A stretch of 28,810 nt of DNA from a virus (Duplodnaviria > Caudoviricetes), in IMG/VR virus record IMGVR_UViG_3300011439_000510, positions 1 to 28,810 of that record. One strand, given 5' to 3'. The notes below the pieces were generated by a model. That model ran no database searches. It saw nothing but the letters and a program-made list of their open reading frames with translations, and was not told where the DNA came from. A program made the translations under genes and the position numbers. This document shows positions 1 through 6,970 of this stretch, in pieces. How positions within the stretch are numbered: the first letter of the stretch is position 1; each line of letters opens with the position of its first letter.

Positions 1-66
1 GCCCAGCTCACGCTGCGTCCATCCTAATCGCCGTCTCAATAAATGCACACGCTCACCAAGATTCAT
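1..66 (-). CDS. XRE-family HTH transcriptional regulator, N-terminus only (runs off the left edge)
   Basis: Not in the ORF track. Reverse complement reads ATG at 66: MNLGERVHLLRRRLGWTQRELG, the typical HTH_3 opening, preceded by an AGGAGG RBS. Confidence 0.85.
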   Translation of the reverse strand, partial: MNLGERVHLLRRRLGWTQRELG

Positions 67-88
67 GCCAAGCACCTCCTGTTATTAG

Positions 89-156
89 TATACAAATATG
101 AATTATTTTTTGCAAATAAGGATTTTTTTGTGTGGCGTGACTATACAAATAAGGAT
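89..156. promoter_or_regulatory. AT-rich divergent promoter region with three direct repeats (putative operators)
   Basis: TATACAAATATGAAT (89-103), TTTGCAAATAAGGAT (109-123) and TATACAAATAAGGAT (142-156) lie between the divergent XRE gene and ORF 244. Confidence 0.65.
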
Positions 157-174
157 AGAATTAGAGTATAACAA

Positions 175-211
175 AGGCGCGTCGAGTCCTCGCAAAAGTT
201 CCGACGCGCCT
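175..211 (+). promoter_or_regulatory. Leader hairpin upstream of ORF 244
   Basis: AGGCGCGTCG (175-184) and CGACGCGCCT (202-211) form a perfect 10-bp stem with a 17-nt loop. Confidence 0.55.
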
Positions 212-243
212 CGTGTCCCTCACCCCATTACAGGAGATGAACG

Positions 244-471
244 ATGCAAAGCATAGGCGATGCCCCTGCGTATTACAAGCGCGCGAAACGCCTGCACCGC
301 GCCGCGTACCACCGGTCTGTGGCGCTCACGCCCGAGCGCAAGGCGCGGTTTGTGGCGGAGTCGATTACACTGAAAGAGGACGAAGGCCGGCCCTGGAGCT
401 GGGCGGAGTATGGGATTGTCGAGCAGTCCGCGATGCATCTGCTGGTGCTCGCTGCGCGAGAGGAGCTGTAG
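244..471 (+). CDS. Hypothetical protein (75 aa)
   Basis: AGGAG RBS upstream of the ATG, protein-like composition, and its end abuts the next gene's RBS and ATG. Confidence 0.7.
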   Translation: MQSIGDAPAYYKRAKRLHRAAYHRSVALTPERKARFVAESITLKEDEGRPWSWAEYGIVEQSAMHLLVLAAREEL

Positions 472-473
472 TC

Positions 474-1172
474 ATGGACGCCCTGGCAGAGGAGCGCATT
501 GCCACGTTTACACAGGCGGTAAAAAGGACGTTTGACCTCGCGATGGCGCGGCTGCCCAAAGAGTCGCACGCGCATCTCGAACGTGCGCACGCCTTAGTCA
601 TCCATCGCCACGTCTTCCCCACGGACGACGGCAAGCACGCGCAGGTGCTGTCGTCCGACGGCACGCGGTGGTATCCGGTCAACGGCCACTGTACGTGCAT
701 GGACGCGTCCAGAGCGCCACAAGGGCTGTGTAAGCATCGCCTCGCGTTCGGCCTGTACCGCCGCGCCAGCGAGCTGCTCTGGGAAGGGAGTCAGGGAGCA
801 GGAACGAGGGGGGAAGGGGGGAGATCCGACCCCTCGCCCCTCACTCCCTCCCTCCCTCACTCCCTTCCGGAGGCCCCCGCGTCAGTCAACGTGCGCCTGT
901 GTATCGATGGCCATGAGTGCCAGTTCACCATGCGCGATGCGGACGAAGCGCGCCTGGTCGAGCGCCTGCAGGCCCTGCTCACGCGCTTCCCGCAGCAGGC
1001 GAAGACGACGAGCGAGGCGAGCACGCCGGCGCAGCCACAGACGCCAGGCGCGCCGCCCGTGTGCCCTCATCACGGCAAGAGTAAGGAAAGTACGAAGGCG
1101 ACTGGCACGTTCTTCTGCCCGTCGAAGATGGCCGATGGCACGTATTGCCAATGGCGACACCCGGCGGCGTAA
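474..1172 (+). CDS. SWIM Zn-finger protein with C-terminal Zn-ribbon
   Basis: SWIM motif CTCMD...LCKHRLA and C-terminal CPHH...FFCP...YC. Start moved to ATG 474 (AGGAG RBS), which removes the overlap with 244-471. Confidence 0.8.
   Translation: MDALAEERIATFTQAVKRTFDLAMARLPKESHAHLERAHALVIHRHVFPTDDGKHAQVLSSDGTRWYPVNGHCTCMDASRAPQGLCKHRLAFGLYRRASELLWEGSQGAGTRGEGGRSDPSPLTPSLPHSLPEAPASVNVRLCIDGHECQFTMRDADEARLVERLQALLTRFPQQAKTTSEASTPAQPQTPGAPPVCPHHGKSKESTKATGTFFCPSKMADGTYCQWRHPAA
782..868. repeat. Imperfect purine/pyrimidine inverted repeat inside the SWIM gene
   Basis: GGAAGGGAGT (782-791) pairs with ACTCCCTTCC (859-868). The G/A-rich left arm and C/T-rich right arm continue imperfectly inward. 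Confidence 0.6.
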
Positions 1173-1469
1173 GCGCACCGGGCACGCGCGCGGCGGGCGG
1201 TGGGGCGCGACGGCGCCCTGGAGGACGCGAGACAGGACGCCGACGCCGAACGGTACGCGTCCGCGTCGGCAGCGAACAGCGTGCACGTCGCGCACGACGT
1301 GTTCTAACCACCCCCACCGGGGCGTCCGTGCGGCGCCCCACCGCCCGCCGGCGCGCGTGTCAGGGAAAGACCGACACGGGAATCAGGGTTCGCCTGATAG
1401 AGCGTTGGCACAAAGGTGCCGATACGAGACCCTAGAGACCAATCACCCCTACACACGAAAGAACGTTGT

Positions 1470-2003
1470 ATGCGTACCCCCCGAGCGACCCTCACGTTGA
1501 CACTGGTCCTGAGCCTGGCAGGCGTGGCCAGCGCGGATGTGTACAAATGTCCTGACGCTGCTGGACGGCAGCATTACCAAAATATGCCCTGCGAGGGCGC
1601 CGATGAGCCGGCAATCATCTCGCCAGGCCCTGGCAGTCAGTATAGAGGACCGGGAGCGCCGGTCCGTGCCCAGGCACACGCTGTCCCCCAGGTACACGCC
1701 GGCCACCAGACAGCGCCGGCCCATGCGGAAGAGAAGGCGTCGGGCGGGCCGGTCGATACGCGCACGTTTGGCATGCTGGAGATCGGCAGTCACGAACGCG
1801 AGGTCCTGTCCAAGCTTGGACGGCCAGACCGTCTCTTCGAGGCTGCTAGGACGTTCGTGCCCGTGCGCCGTGCCGGGGGCGGTGTGGAGTTGCGCGAAAA
1901 GGTACGCTCCGCGTGGGTCTACGACAGCGATGGGTACACGCTGCGCACAGTGCTTTACTTTGAAGATGGGCGGCTGGTGCAGAAGGACAAGCAGGGACGT
2001 TAA
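1470..2003 (+). CDS. Secreted protein with DUF4124-like N-domain and SmpA/BamE-like (DUF2845-like) C-domain
   Basis: Signal peptide ending ASA-D, followed by VYKCPDAAGRQHYQNMPC. C-terminal LEIGSHEREVLSKLGRPD...WVY...LYFEDGRL. Confidence 0.75.
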   Translation: MRTPRATLTLTLVLSLAGVASADVYKCPDAAGRQHYQNMPCEGADEPAIISPGPGSQYRGPGAPVRAQAHAVPQVHAGHQTAPAHAEEKASGGPVDTRTFGMLEIGSHEREVLSKLGRPDRLFEAARTFVPVRRAGGGVELREKVRSAWVYDSDGYTLRTVLYFEDGRLVQKDKQGR

Positions 2004-2062
2004 GCAGAACCCTGCCTCACATTATCCAGGTGCTACTGTTCACCCTCTTTCGACGTGCCACC

Positions 2063-2101
2063 CGGTGCTTCCCCGGTGCTTCCCGCATCCCTGGGAAGCA
2101 C
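2063..2101. repeat. Left integrase arm-type sites
   Basis: CGGTGCTTCCC twice in tandem (2063-2073, 2074-2084) plus an inverted 9-bp copy GGGAAGCAC (2093-2101). Confidence 0.75.
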
Positions 2102-2115
2102 GCCCCATCTTTCCA

Positions 2116-2128
2116 TAACCGTTTGAAT
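2116..2128 (-). promoter_or_regulatory. Putative IHF site in the att arm
   Basis: Minus strand ATTCAAACGGTTA has one mismatch to WATCAANNNNTTR and lies between the arm sites and the core. Confidence 0.45.
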
Positions 2129-2134
2129 AATTGA

Positions 2135-2179
2135 GTACCCCCTGGGTGACTCGAACACCCGACCCTCGGATTAGAAGTC
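2135..2179 (-). other. att core: 3' half of tRNA-Arg(UCU), not a complete tRNA
   Basis: Minus strand reads GA-CTTCTAA-TCCGA-GGGTC-GGGTG-TTCGAGT-CACCC-AGGGGGT-A: anticodon loop (TCT), variable loop, perfect T-arm and 3' acceptor strand. The 5' half is absent, and the site is about 180 bp upstream of the integrase. Confidence 0.9.
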
Positions 2180-2247
2180 TGCGGCACACCAGGACTCCTC
2201 TAGTCTCCCCAGGGCTCTAGAGGGCTCTGAGTGACGCTAAAATAAGA

Positions 2248-2291
2248 CTCCTAGTATCTCTCTATATCTCCTAGTATCTCTCTATATCTCC
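2248..2291. repeat. 10-bp-phased tandem repeats in the att arm (putative Xis/RDF binding sites)
   Basis: CTAGTATCTC-TCTATATCTC is repeated exactly twice (2251-2290). AGGGCTCT also recurs at 10-bp spacing (2211, 2221). Confidence 0.6.
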
Positions 2292-2304
2292 ACAAATTGC
2301 TGCG

Positions 2305-2330
2305 CGGTGCTTCCCCGGTGCTTCCCCGGT
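2305..2330. repeat. Right integrase arm-type sites
   Basis: CGGTGCTTCCC twice (2305-2326) plus a partial CGGT, identical to the left-arm copies. Confidence 0.75.
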
Positions 2331-2357
2331 ATGCTAGGATAGGGCGAGGAGGTGCCT

Positions 2358-3521
2358 ATGCCACGGCTCACCACCCGTCTCGTGCAGCAGCTCACGTGCG
2401 AGAGCGATCTTTTTCTCTGGGATGATCAGGTTCCAGGGTTCGGGGTACGCTGTCGCTCTTCTCAGAAATCCTACGTCCTCCAGTACCGCGTGATGGGAGG
2501 GAGAGGCAGCCGGCAGCGGCGTGTCACCCTCGGGCGGGTCGGCAGCCTCTCCCTGGACGATGCCCGCGTGCTGGCGCAGGAGTACCTGCGTGGGGTGCGC
2601 TACGGGCAGGATCCGGCGGGTGCACGCCAGGCCATGCGGGAGGCCCCTATGGTCAAGGACCTGGCGGAGCGCTACCTCAGCGAGCATGCCGATCTCAAGA
2701 AAAAGCCGCGCTCGGCGGAGATGGATCACGTCAATCTCCGGCGGCACGTGCTCCCCGTACTCGGGACGGCGCGCGTTGGGACCCTGACGCGGGCCGATGT
2801 GGCACGTCTCCATCACGGCATGCGAGGCACCCCAGGGGCCGCCAATCGGGTGCTGGCGCTGCTCTCGAAGATGTGCGCGCTGGCGGAGCAGTGGGGGCTG
2901 CGCGATCCGGGCACGAATCCGGTCAAGGGCATCGAGCGGTACCGGGAGAGCCGGCGCGAGCGGCATCTGTCGCCGGTGGAACTCGGCAGGCTCGGAGAGG
3001 TCCTCAGGCGGGTGGAGCTGGAGCGCACGGAGAGTCCATCCACCGTGGTGCTGGTGCGCCTGCTCCTCCTCACCGGAGCACGGCTCGGGGAGGTCCTGGG
3101 GCTGTGCTGGGAGTCCATTGACTGGCAGGCCGGCAGTGTGCGCCTGGACGATTCAAAGACCGGGCCGAAGACGCTGTATCTCTCAGACCCGGCGAAAGCG
3201 GTCTTGGCTGGGATGCCCCGTCAGGAGGGCAACCCGTGGTGTCTACCCGGACGCGTGCACGGCCGTCCGCTGGTCAATCCGCAGAAGCCCTGGAGGCGCA
3301 TCCGGACGCAGGCGGGCCTGGATGATGTGCGCTTGCACGATCTGCGGCACACGTATGCGGCGGTGGCAGCGCGGGGCGGGTTGTCCTTGCCGATGATCGG
3401 GGCACTGCTCGGGCACAGCGAGCCGCAGACGACGCAGCGCTATGCGCATCTCGTGGGCAATCCCGTACAGGCTGCAGCAGAGCAGGTGGGGGAGGCGGTC
3501 AAAGCGGCGCTGGGGGGCTAG
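2358..3521 (+). CDS. int: Tyrosine integrase with N-terminal arm-binding domain (P4-like, DUF4102)
   Basis: N-terminal LWDDQVPGFGVR. Catalytic motifs TGARLGE, SKTG, LHDLRHT, LLGH and TQRY. AGGAGG RBS before ATG 2358. Confidence 0.96.
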   Translation: MPRLTTRLVQQLTCESDLFLWDDQVPGFGVRCRSSQKSYVLQYRVMGGRGSRQRRVTLGRVGSLSLDDARVLAQEYLRGVRYGQDPAGARQAMREAPMVKDLAERYLSEHADLKKKPRSAEMDHVNLRRHVLPVLGTARVGTLTRADVARLHHGMRGTPGAANRVLALLSKMCALAEQWGLRDPGTNPVKGIERYRESRRERHLSPVELGRLGEVLRRVELERTESPSTVVLVRLLLLTGARLGEVLGLCWESIDWQAGSVRLDDSKTGPKTLYLSDPAKAVLAGMPRQEGNPWCLPGRVHGRPLVNPQKPWRRIRTQAGLDDVRLHDLRHTYAAVAARGGLSLPMIGALLGHSEPQTTQRYAHLVGNPVQAAAEQVGEAVKAALGG

Positions 3522-3871
3522 GAGGAAAGAGGACACAACTCGTCGAGAACCTCAGCAGCGGCACGAAGTTGTGCAGAGGTACAGTGCAAAATCGCCTCCT
3601 TGTGAGCGACATCGTCAGGAGCAACCCGCGCACCAGGGGTGCTCTCAATCCCGAGAATCCAATCGCTGGTCACACCGAGCACGCGAGCAATCGCCACCAG
3701 CTTTTCAGGTGATGGCAGCTGTAGACCCTTCTCGATTTCAGAAATCATCGTATGCGAGGCATAGCCCGCGTCTATAGCTAACGCTTTCTGCGACATCTTC
3801 AGGTCTTTGCGCGCCTTCTTGATGCGATAGCCCACGCCTTTTTCGAACTCTCTCGGTTCCGTCTGGCTCAT
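3518..3871 (-). CDS. CI-like XRE repressor (no C-terminal S24 peptidase domain)
   Basis: VGYRIKKARKDLKMSQKALA...ISEIEKG...PSPEKLVAIARVLGVTSDWILG, divergent from a Cro-like gene. Start is 3871 or 3877. Confidence 0.88.
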   Translation of the reverse strand: MSQTEPREFEKGVGYRIKKARKDLKMSQKALAIDAGYASHTMISEIEKGLQLPSPEKLVAIARVLGVTSDWILGIESTPGARVAPDDVAHKEAILHCTSAQLRAAAEVLDELCPLSS

Positions 3872-3888
3872 GTACATCCCCTGCGTAG

Positions 3889-3990
3889 TGTCGACATTAT
3901 CGACATTATACCCCTTGATGCCCTGCGATGGTCTCACTTTTTAGTCGACCATAGAGACATAATGGTGTATATTGTCGACCATAGAGACAT
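3889..3990. promoter_or_regulatory. Three operators of the lysis-lysogeny switch
   Basis: GTCGACCATAGAGACAT occurs exactly at 3944-3960 and 3974-3990, with a variant GTCGACATTATCGACAT at 3890-3906. Dyad core is (T)GTC-N9-GACA. Confidence 0.8.
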
Positions 3991-4005
3991 CAAGTGGAGG
4001 GGTGG

Positions 4006-4218
4006 ATGAAGCCCGTTATCCGCAAATACCGTCGGCAAAAAGGCTGGACGCAACAAGTTCTTGCTGAGGCTATTGGACGCTCACGCTCCATCGTCGCGGA
4101 ATATGAATCAGGGGCCACGAGCGTGCCACAACCGATCCTGTGGAAGATTGCTCGCTGCCTCGATGTGCAGGTGGATGTCCTCTTCGAAGACGAGCCTCCC
4201 CTCAACGGCCAGGAGTAG
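4006..4218 (+). CDS. Cro-like XRE HTH protein
   Basis: IRKYRRQKGWTQQVLAEAIGRSRSIVAEYESG...IARCLDVQVDVLF, with GGAGG RBS before ATG 4006. Confidence 0.88.
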   Translation: MKPVIRKYRRQKGWTQQVLAEAIGRSRSIVAEYESGATSVPQPILWKIARCLDVQVDVLFEDEPPLNGQE

Positions 4219-4222
4219 CCGC

Positions 4223-4513
4223 ATGCCTGACACCTTCCTGCTCCCGGACGAAGCCGCGACCTACTTGCGCGTGGCCGTCAAAACGCTCACCAAGTGGCGC
4301 TGGCTGGGGAAAGGCCCACCGTATCGCAAAGTTGCTGGAAACTTGATCCGGTACGTGCAGAGCGAGCTCGACGCCTGGATGACCACGCAGGCCGTGCTCC
4401 CAGCGGTGGTCGCGATCAACGACGAGCCCCTGCCCCCGCCCCCCACGCCGCGCGCCGCGCTGCACGCGCTGCCGCCGGCGCGCCGACGACGGGCGTCGCG
4501 GGCGCCGCACTGA
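4223..4513 (+). CDS. Excisionase-like HTH_17/AlpA-type DNA-binding protein
   Basis: LLPDEAATYLRVAVKTLTKWRWLGKGPPYRKV..LIRY..SELDAW, with AGGAG RBS before ATG 4223. Confidence 0.85.
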   Translation: MPDTFLLPDEAATYLRVAVKTLTKWRWLGKGPPYRKVAGNLIRYVQSELDAWMTTQAVLPAVVAINDEPLPPPPTPRAALHALPPARRRRASRAPH

Positions 4514-4523
4514 GGAGACACGT

Positions 4524-4724
4524 ATGGACGACGCGCGCCAGTATCCCAACCACGTGTGCGCCTGTATGGACCGGGATCTCTCGCGGGCGGACCATCCCAT
4601 CCTCACGGACGATGGCCGCAAGGTGATGGTCACGTGCGGCCATGGACACCGGCGGGTGATCCCATGCTGGCGCTGGGAGACGGAGCTGCAGCGCCGCGAG
4701 GAGGAGAACCGCCGCCATGCCTGA
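4524..4724 (+). CDS. Hypothetical protein with Cys/His motif
   Basis: GAGGAG RBS, operonic packing, HVCAC...TCGHGH. Confidence 0.65.
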   Translation: MDDARQYPNHVCACMDRDLSRADHPILTDDGRKVMVTCGHGHRRVIPCWRWETELQRREEENRRHA

Positions 4725-4962
4725 CGTCCCCCTGCGCCTGCAACTGGCGTGTGCGAAGCGCGAGCTGGCGCTGCGCACGCGCGTGTACCCGCGCCTGGTG
4801 GCGAACGAGACGATGCTCCAGAGCACCGCAACGCGCGAGCTGGCGGCCATGAGCGCGATCATACGGACGCTGAAGGGTCTGGTCGAGGCGGAACGCGGCG
4901 AGGGTGGGCAGGCGGAGCTGTTTGGGGGGACGGGGAGCGAGGGACGCGATGGCGAAGTATGA
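4717..4962 (+). CDS. Phage hypothetical protein
   Basis: GAGGAG RBS and overlap with both neighbours. Helical QLACAKRELALRTRVYPRLV segment resembles phage early hypothetical proteins. Confidence 0.7.
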   Translation: MPDVPLRLQLACAKRELALRTRVYPRLVANETMLQSTATRELAAMSAIIRTLKGLVEAERGEGGQAELFGGTGSEGRDGEV

Positions 4963-5218
4963 CCGGGAAGAGTATTACACCGTTGACAATCTGATCGAAC
5001 GCGGGTGGACGGAACGCGCGATACAACAGCTCCTGCCAAAGCCTGAACGCCTTGTGCCGCATCCTCGGGCGTTGTCCGGGCCTTGGCGGCGGTATTATTC
5101 CATTGAAACGGTGCTGGCGATGGAGAGGACTGCCGCCTGGCGCGCGGAGAGGGACAAGGGCGCCCAGGAACGCGCCAGGCGCTATGAACAGCCCCAGACA
5201 CATGGCAAGCGCCCATGA
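4949..5218 (+). CDS. Hypothetical protein, possibly DNA-binding
   Basis: ATG 4949, LIERGWTERAIQQLLPKP...RYYSIETV, and ATGA overlap with the next gene. Confidence 0.7.
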   Translation: MAKYDREEYYTVDNLIERGWTERAIQQLLPKPERLVPHPRALSGPWRRYYSIETVLAMERTAAWRAERDKGAQERARRYEQPQTHGKRP

Positions 5219-6444
5219 AAACCTCCTGCCTCACCCATCCCGCCGGCGATCCGCTCCTGGTCATCCATGCCTGGCAAATGCGCGCCTGTGACGACGAGCC
5301 GTGTGCGGCGATGTTGTTATCTCTCTTTGAGTTTTACCACAACCTCAAATTGTCCCAGCAAAAGCAGTCAAGCAAGATGAATGAAGTGGCCGAAGCCCAC
5401 GGCGACATGGGCCAGCAATATACTGGACTCCTTCAGTGGCACTCTGAAGACGAATTGCAGAAGCATCTTCTGGGGATTTATGGCATTAAAAGTATACGAA
5501 ATGGTCTGCAATTGTTAGTCAATAAAGGATACATTAGTATCCACAGTAATCCTAACCCACGCTATCACTTTGACCGCACACGCTATATTCTCTTCAATCC
5601 TGAGCCTGTCCAAGAGTTCATCAAGCAATATCAACATCCGGCACTTTTGCCGGATGCATCAGGCAAAAATGCCTCACCGTCAGGCAAAAATGCCTCACCG
5701 TCAGGCAAAAATGCCGGACCAATTCCTGTATTTTCTTCTGAGACTTCTTCTGAGATTAAAGACTCCCCTACCCCAGCCGAGCTGGGGTCAGACCTTGCTG
5801 CGCAGGGGGAACGCTCGGACAATCATGACGGGACACTCCGGGAGTGTGGCACGAACCCACGCGCCCTGGGCACCAACCCACGCGCCCTGGGCACCAACCC
5901 ACGGCAGGTGACCCGCGACACCGAGGGAGCCTGCCCCCTGTGTGACATCCGTGGCCAGGTCGAGCTGCACCGGGAGGATGCGACGGTGGTCATGCTGCGC
6001 TGTCCCCACGACGGCACGAAGCTTCATGCCGTGATGGACGCCTACGGCTACCACTGGCCCCAGGCCCCACCCCGCACGCAGGAAGGAGCCCCCCATGCCG
6101 AAAGGACGCACATCCAGCCTGCGCCTCACCCTGACGCCGCTGCAGCGCCAGACGCTGGAGGCCTGGCAGCAGGCGCCGGGGGTGCCGGCGGGCCGGGCGA
6201 GACGGGCCCGGCTCCTGCTGCGGGTGGCGGACGGCCTGTCGGTGACGCGGGTGGCGGAGACCGCGGGGATCAGCCGCCGGCATGTCTACCGCTGGGTGCG
6301 GCGGTTTCAGGCACACGGCCTGCAGGGCCTCTACGACCGCTCCCGGCGGGCCTTCGCGCACCGCCGGTGGGCCAGGGAGGAGACGCCCCCGGATCGTGGT
6401 CCGGGGCAGGCGTGACGCCGCACGAGGGCGGGCCAGCGCCGTGA
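5215..6444 (+). CDS. Phage replication initiator (lambda O/replisome organiser-like); C-terminal ~115 aa doubtful
   Basis: Located after cro/xis. wHTH-like N-terminus (SEDELQKHLLG...SIRNGLQLLVNKGYI...DRTRY) is followed by iteron-encoded repeats and a CPLC...RCPH motif. The tail end overlaps the 6095-6415 gene. Confidence 0.75.
   Translation: MKTSCLTHPAGDPLLVIHAWQMRACDDEPCAAMLLSLFEFYHNLKLSQQKQSSKMNEVAEAHGDMGQQYTGLLQWHSEDELQKHLLGIYGIKSIRNGLQLLVNKGYISIHSNPNPRYHFDRTRYILFNPEPVQEFIKQYQHPALLPDASGKNASPSGKNASPSGKNAGPIPVFSSETSSEIKDSPTPAELGSDLAAQGERSDNHDGTLRECGTNPRALGTNPRALGTNPRQVTRDTEGACPLCDIRGQVELHREDATVVMLRCPHDGTKLHAVMDAYGYHWPQAPPRTQEGAPHAERTHIQPAPHPDAAAAPDAGGLAAGAGGAGGPGETGPAPAAGGGRPVGDAGGGDRGDQPPACLPLGAAVSGTRPAGPLRPLPAGLRAPPVGQGGDAPGSWSGAGVTPHEGGPAP
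5640..5760. repeat. Putative replication origin: iterons plus AT-rich tract inside the initiator gene
   Basis: 21-bp unit TCAGGCAAAAATGCCTCACCG at 5659, 5680 and 5701 (partial). GGCA-N4-TGCC dyads at 5640, 5662, 5683 and 5704. Followed by an AT-rich tract with TTCTTCTGAGA twice (5733, 5745). Confidence 0.75.
5848..5904 (+). repeat. 21-bp tandem repeat encoding GTNPRAL x2.7
   Basis: GGCAC(G/C)AACCCACGCGCCCTG at 5848, 5869 and 5890 (partial). Confidence 0.9.
6095..6415 (+). CDS. Stand-alone HTH protein resembling the IS630-type transposase N-terminus (no DDE domain)
   Basis: RARRARLLLRVADGLSVTRVAETAGISRRHVYRWVRRFQAHGLQGLYDRSR, with its own AAGGAG RBS. Confidence 0.85.
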   Translation: MPKGRTSSLRLTLTPLQRQTLEAWQQAPGVPAGRARRARLLLRVADGLSVTRVAETAGISRRHVYRWVRRFQAHGLQGLYDRSRRAFAHRRWAREETPPDRGPGQA

Positions 6445-6460
6445 GCGACCAGGAGACGCC

Positions 6461-6682
6461 GTGACGACTCAATACTTGCGCCTGTGGCGTCTGTCGCTCG
6501 AAGTCGTCCCAGGGGATATGTGGATCGGCTGTTACTGGACGTGGAAAACCGGCGTGTACGGCGATCCGGAGCCGATGATCACCCGCGAGCTGCACATCTA
6601 TCTGTGCCTTCTGCCCTGTCTCCCGGTGCATGTGGTGCTGGGGCGGTTGGCCCGCAAGGAGGAGACGCCCTGCTCTCAGTAG
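6461..6682 (+). CDS. Hypothetical protein (73 aa)
   Basis: AGGAG RBS with GTG start; DMWIGCYW...LHIYLCLLPCLP. Confidence 0.65.
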   Translation: MTTQYLRLWRLSLEVVPGDMWIGCYWTWKTGVYGDPEPMITRELHIYLCLLPCLPVHVVLGRLARKEETPCSQ

Positions 6683-6888
6683 GCATCCGCTCGACCGACG
6701 CCCACGACAAGAAGCACCATCCGCTCGATCAGGCGCACAGCGCCACGGCGACGCCCACCGGGGCGCTGGTCTACGTCATCTGCGGCTGGCAGGGCTGCGC
6801 GCAACGCCTGGAGGTGGACGTGGCGGTCTGGGAGGCGGAAGACGCGCGGCGGCGGGCCGTGCCGTCCACCCGCGCCAGCCATCCCTGA
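6670..6888 (+). CDS. Hypothetical protein, probable CTG start
   Basis: Strong AAGGAGGAG RBS then CTG at 6670, in frame with the protein-like 3' part of ORF 6484-6888 (KKHHPLD...VICGWQGC). Confidence 0.45.
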   Translation: MLSVGIRSTDAHDKKHHPLDQAHSATATPTGALVYVICGWQGCAQRLEVDVAVWEAEDARRRAVPSTRASHP

Positions 6889-6970
6889 GCCAGCGCGGGA
6901 TCGACGGAAGAACGCCGGCGCGCGCGCGCCGGCGAGGGCAGGATACGCCTCACGCGGGAGGGTGGCAAGC

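Noticed and set aside
213-473. N-terminal extension of the SWIM ORF from 213
   Set aside because: It overlaps the better-supported 244-471 gene, and ATG 474 has its own RBS.
1319-1339. Rho-independent terminator after the SWIM gene
   Set aside because: The short GC stem has no U tract and is expected by chance at this GC content.
2135-2210. Complete tRNA-Arg gene
   Set aside because: The D-arm and 5' acceptor strand are missing and the anticodon stem pairs for only 2 bp. It is an att core fragment.
5640-5904. CRISPR array or mini-array
   Set aside because: The repeats are contiguous, in frame and lack unique spacers; no cas genes are present.
6095-6415. Active IS630 element
   Set aside because: No DDE catalytic domain in any following frame and no terminal inverted repeats seen.
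6451-6463. Recurrent AGGAGACGC motif before several starts as a regulatory box
   Set aside because: It is most simply a Shine-Dalgarno sequence plus a GC-rich spacer, and is found on both early and late genes.
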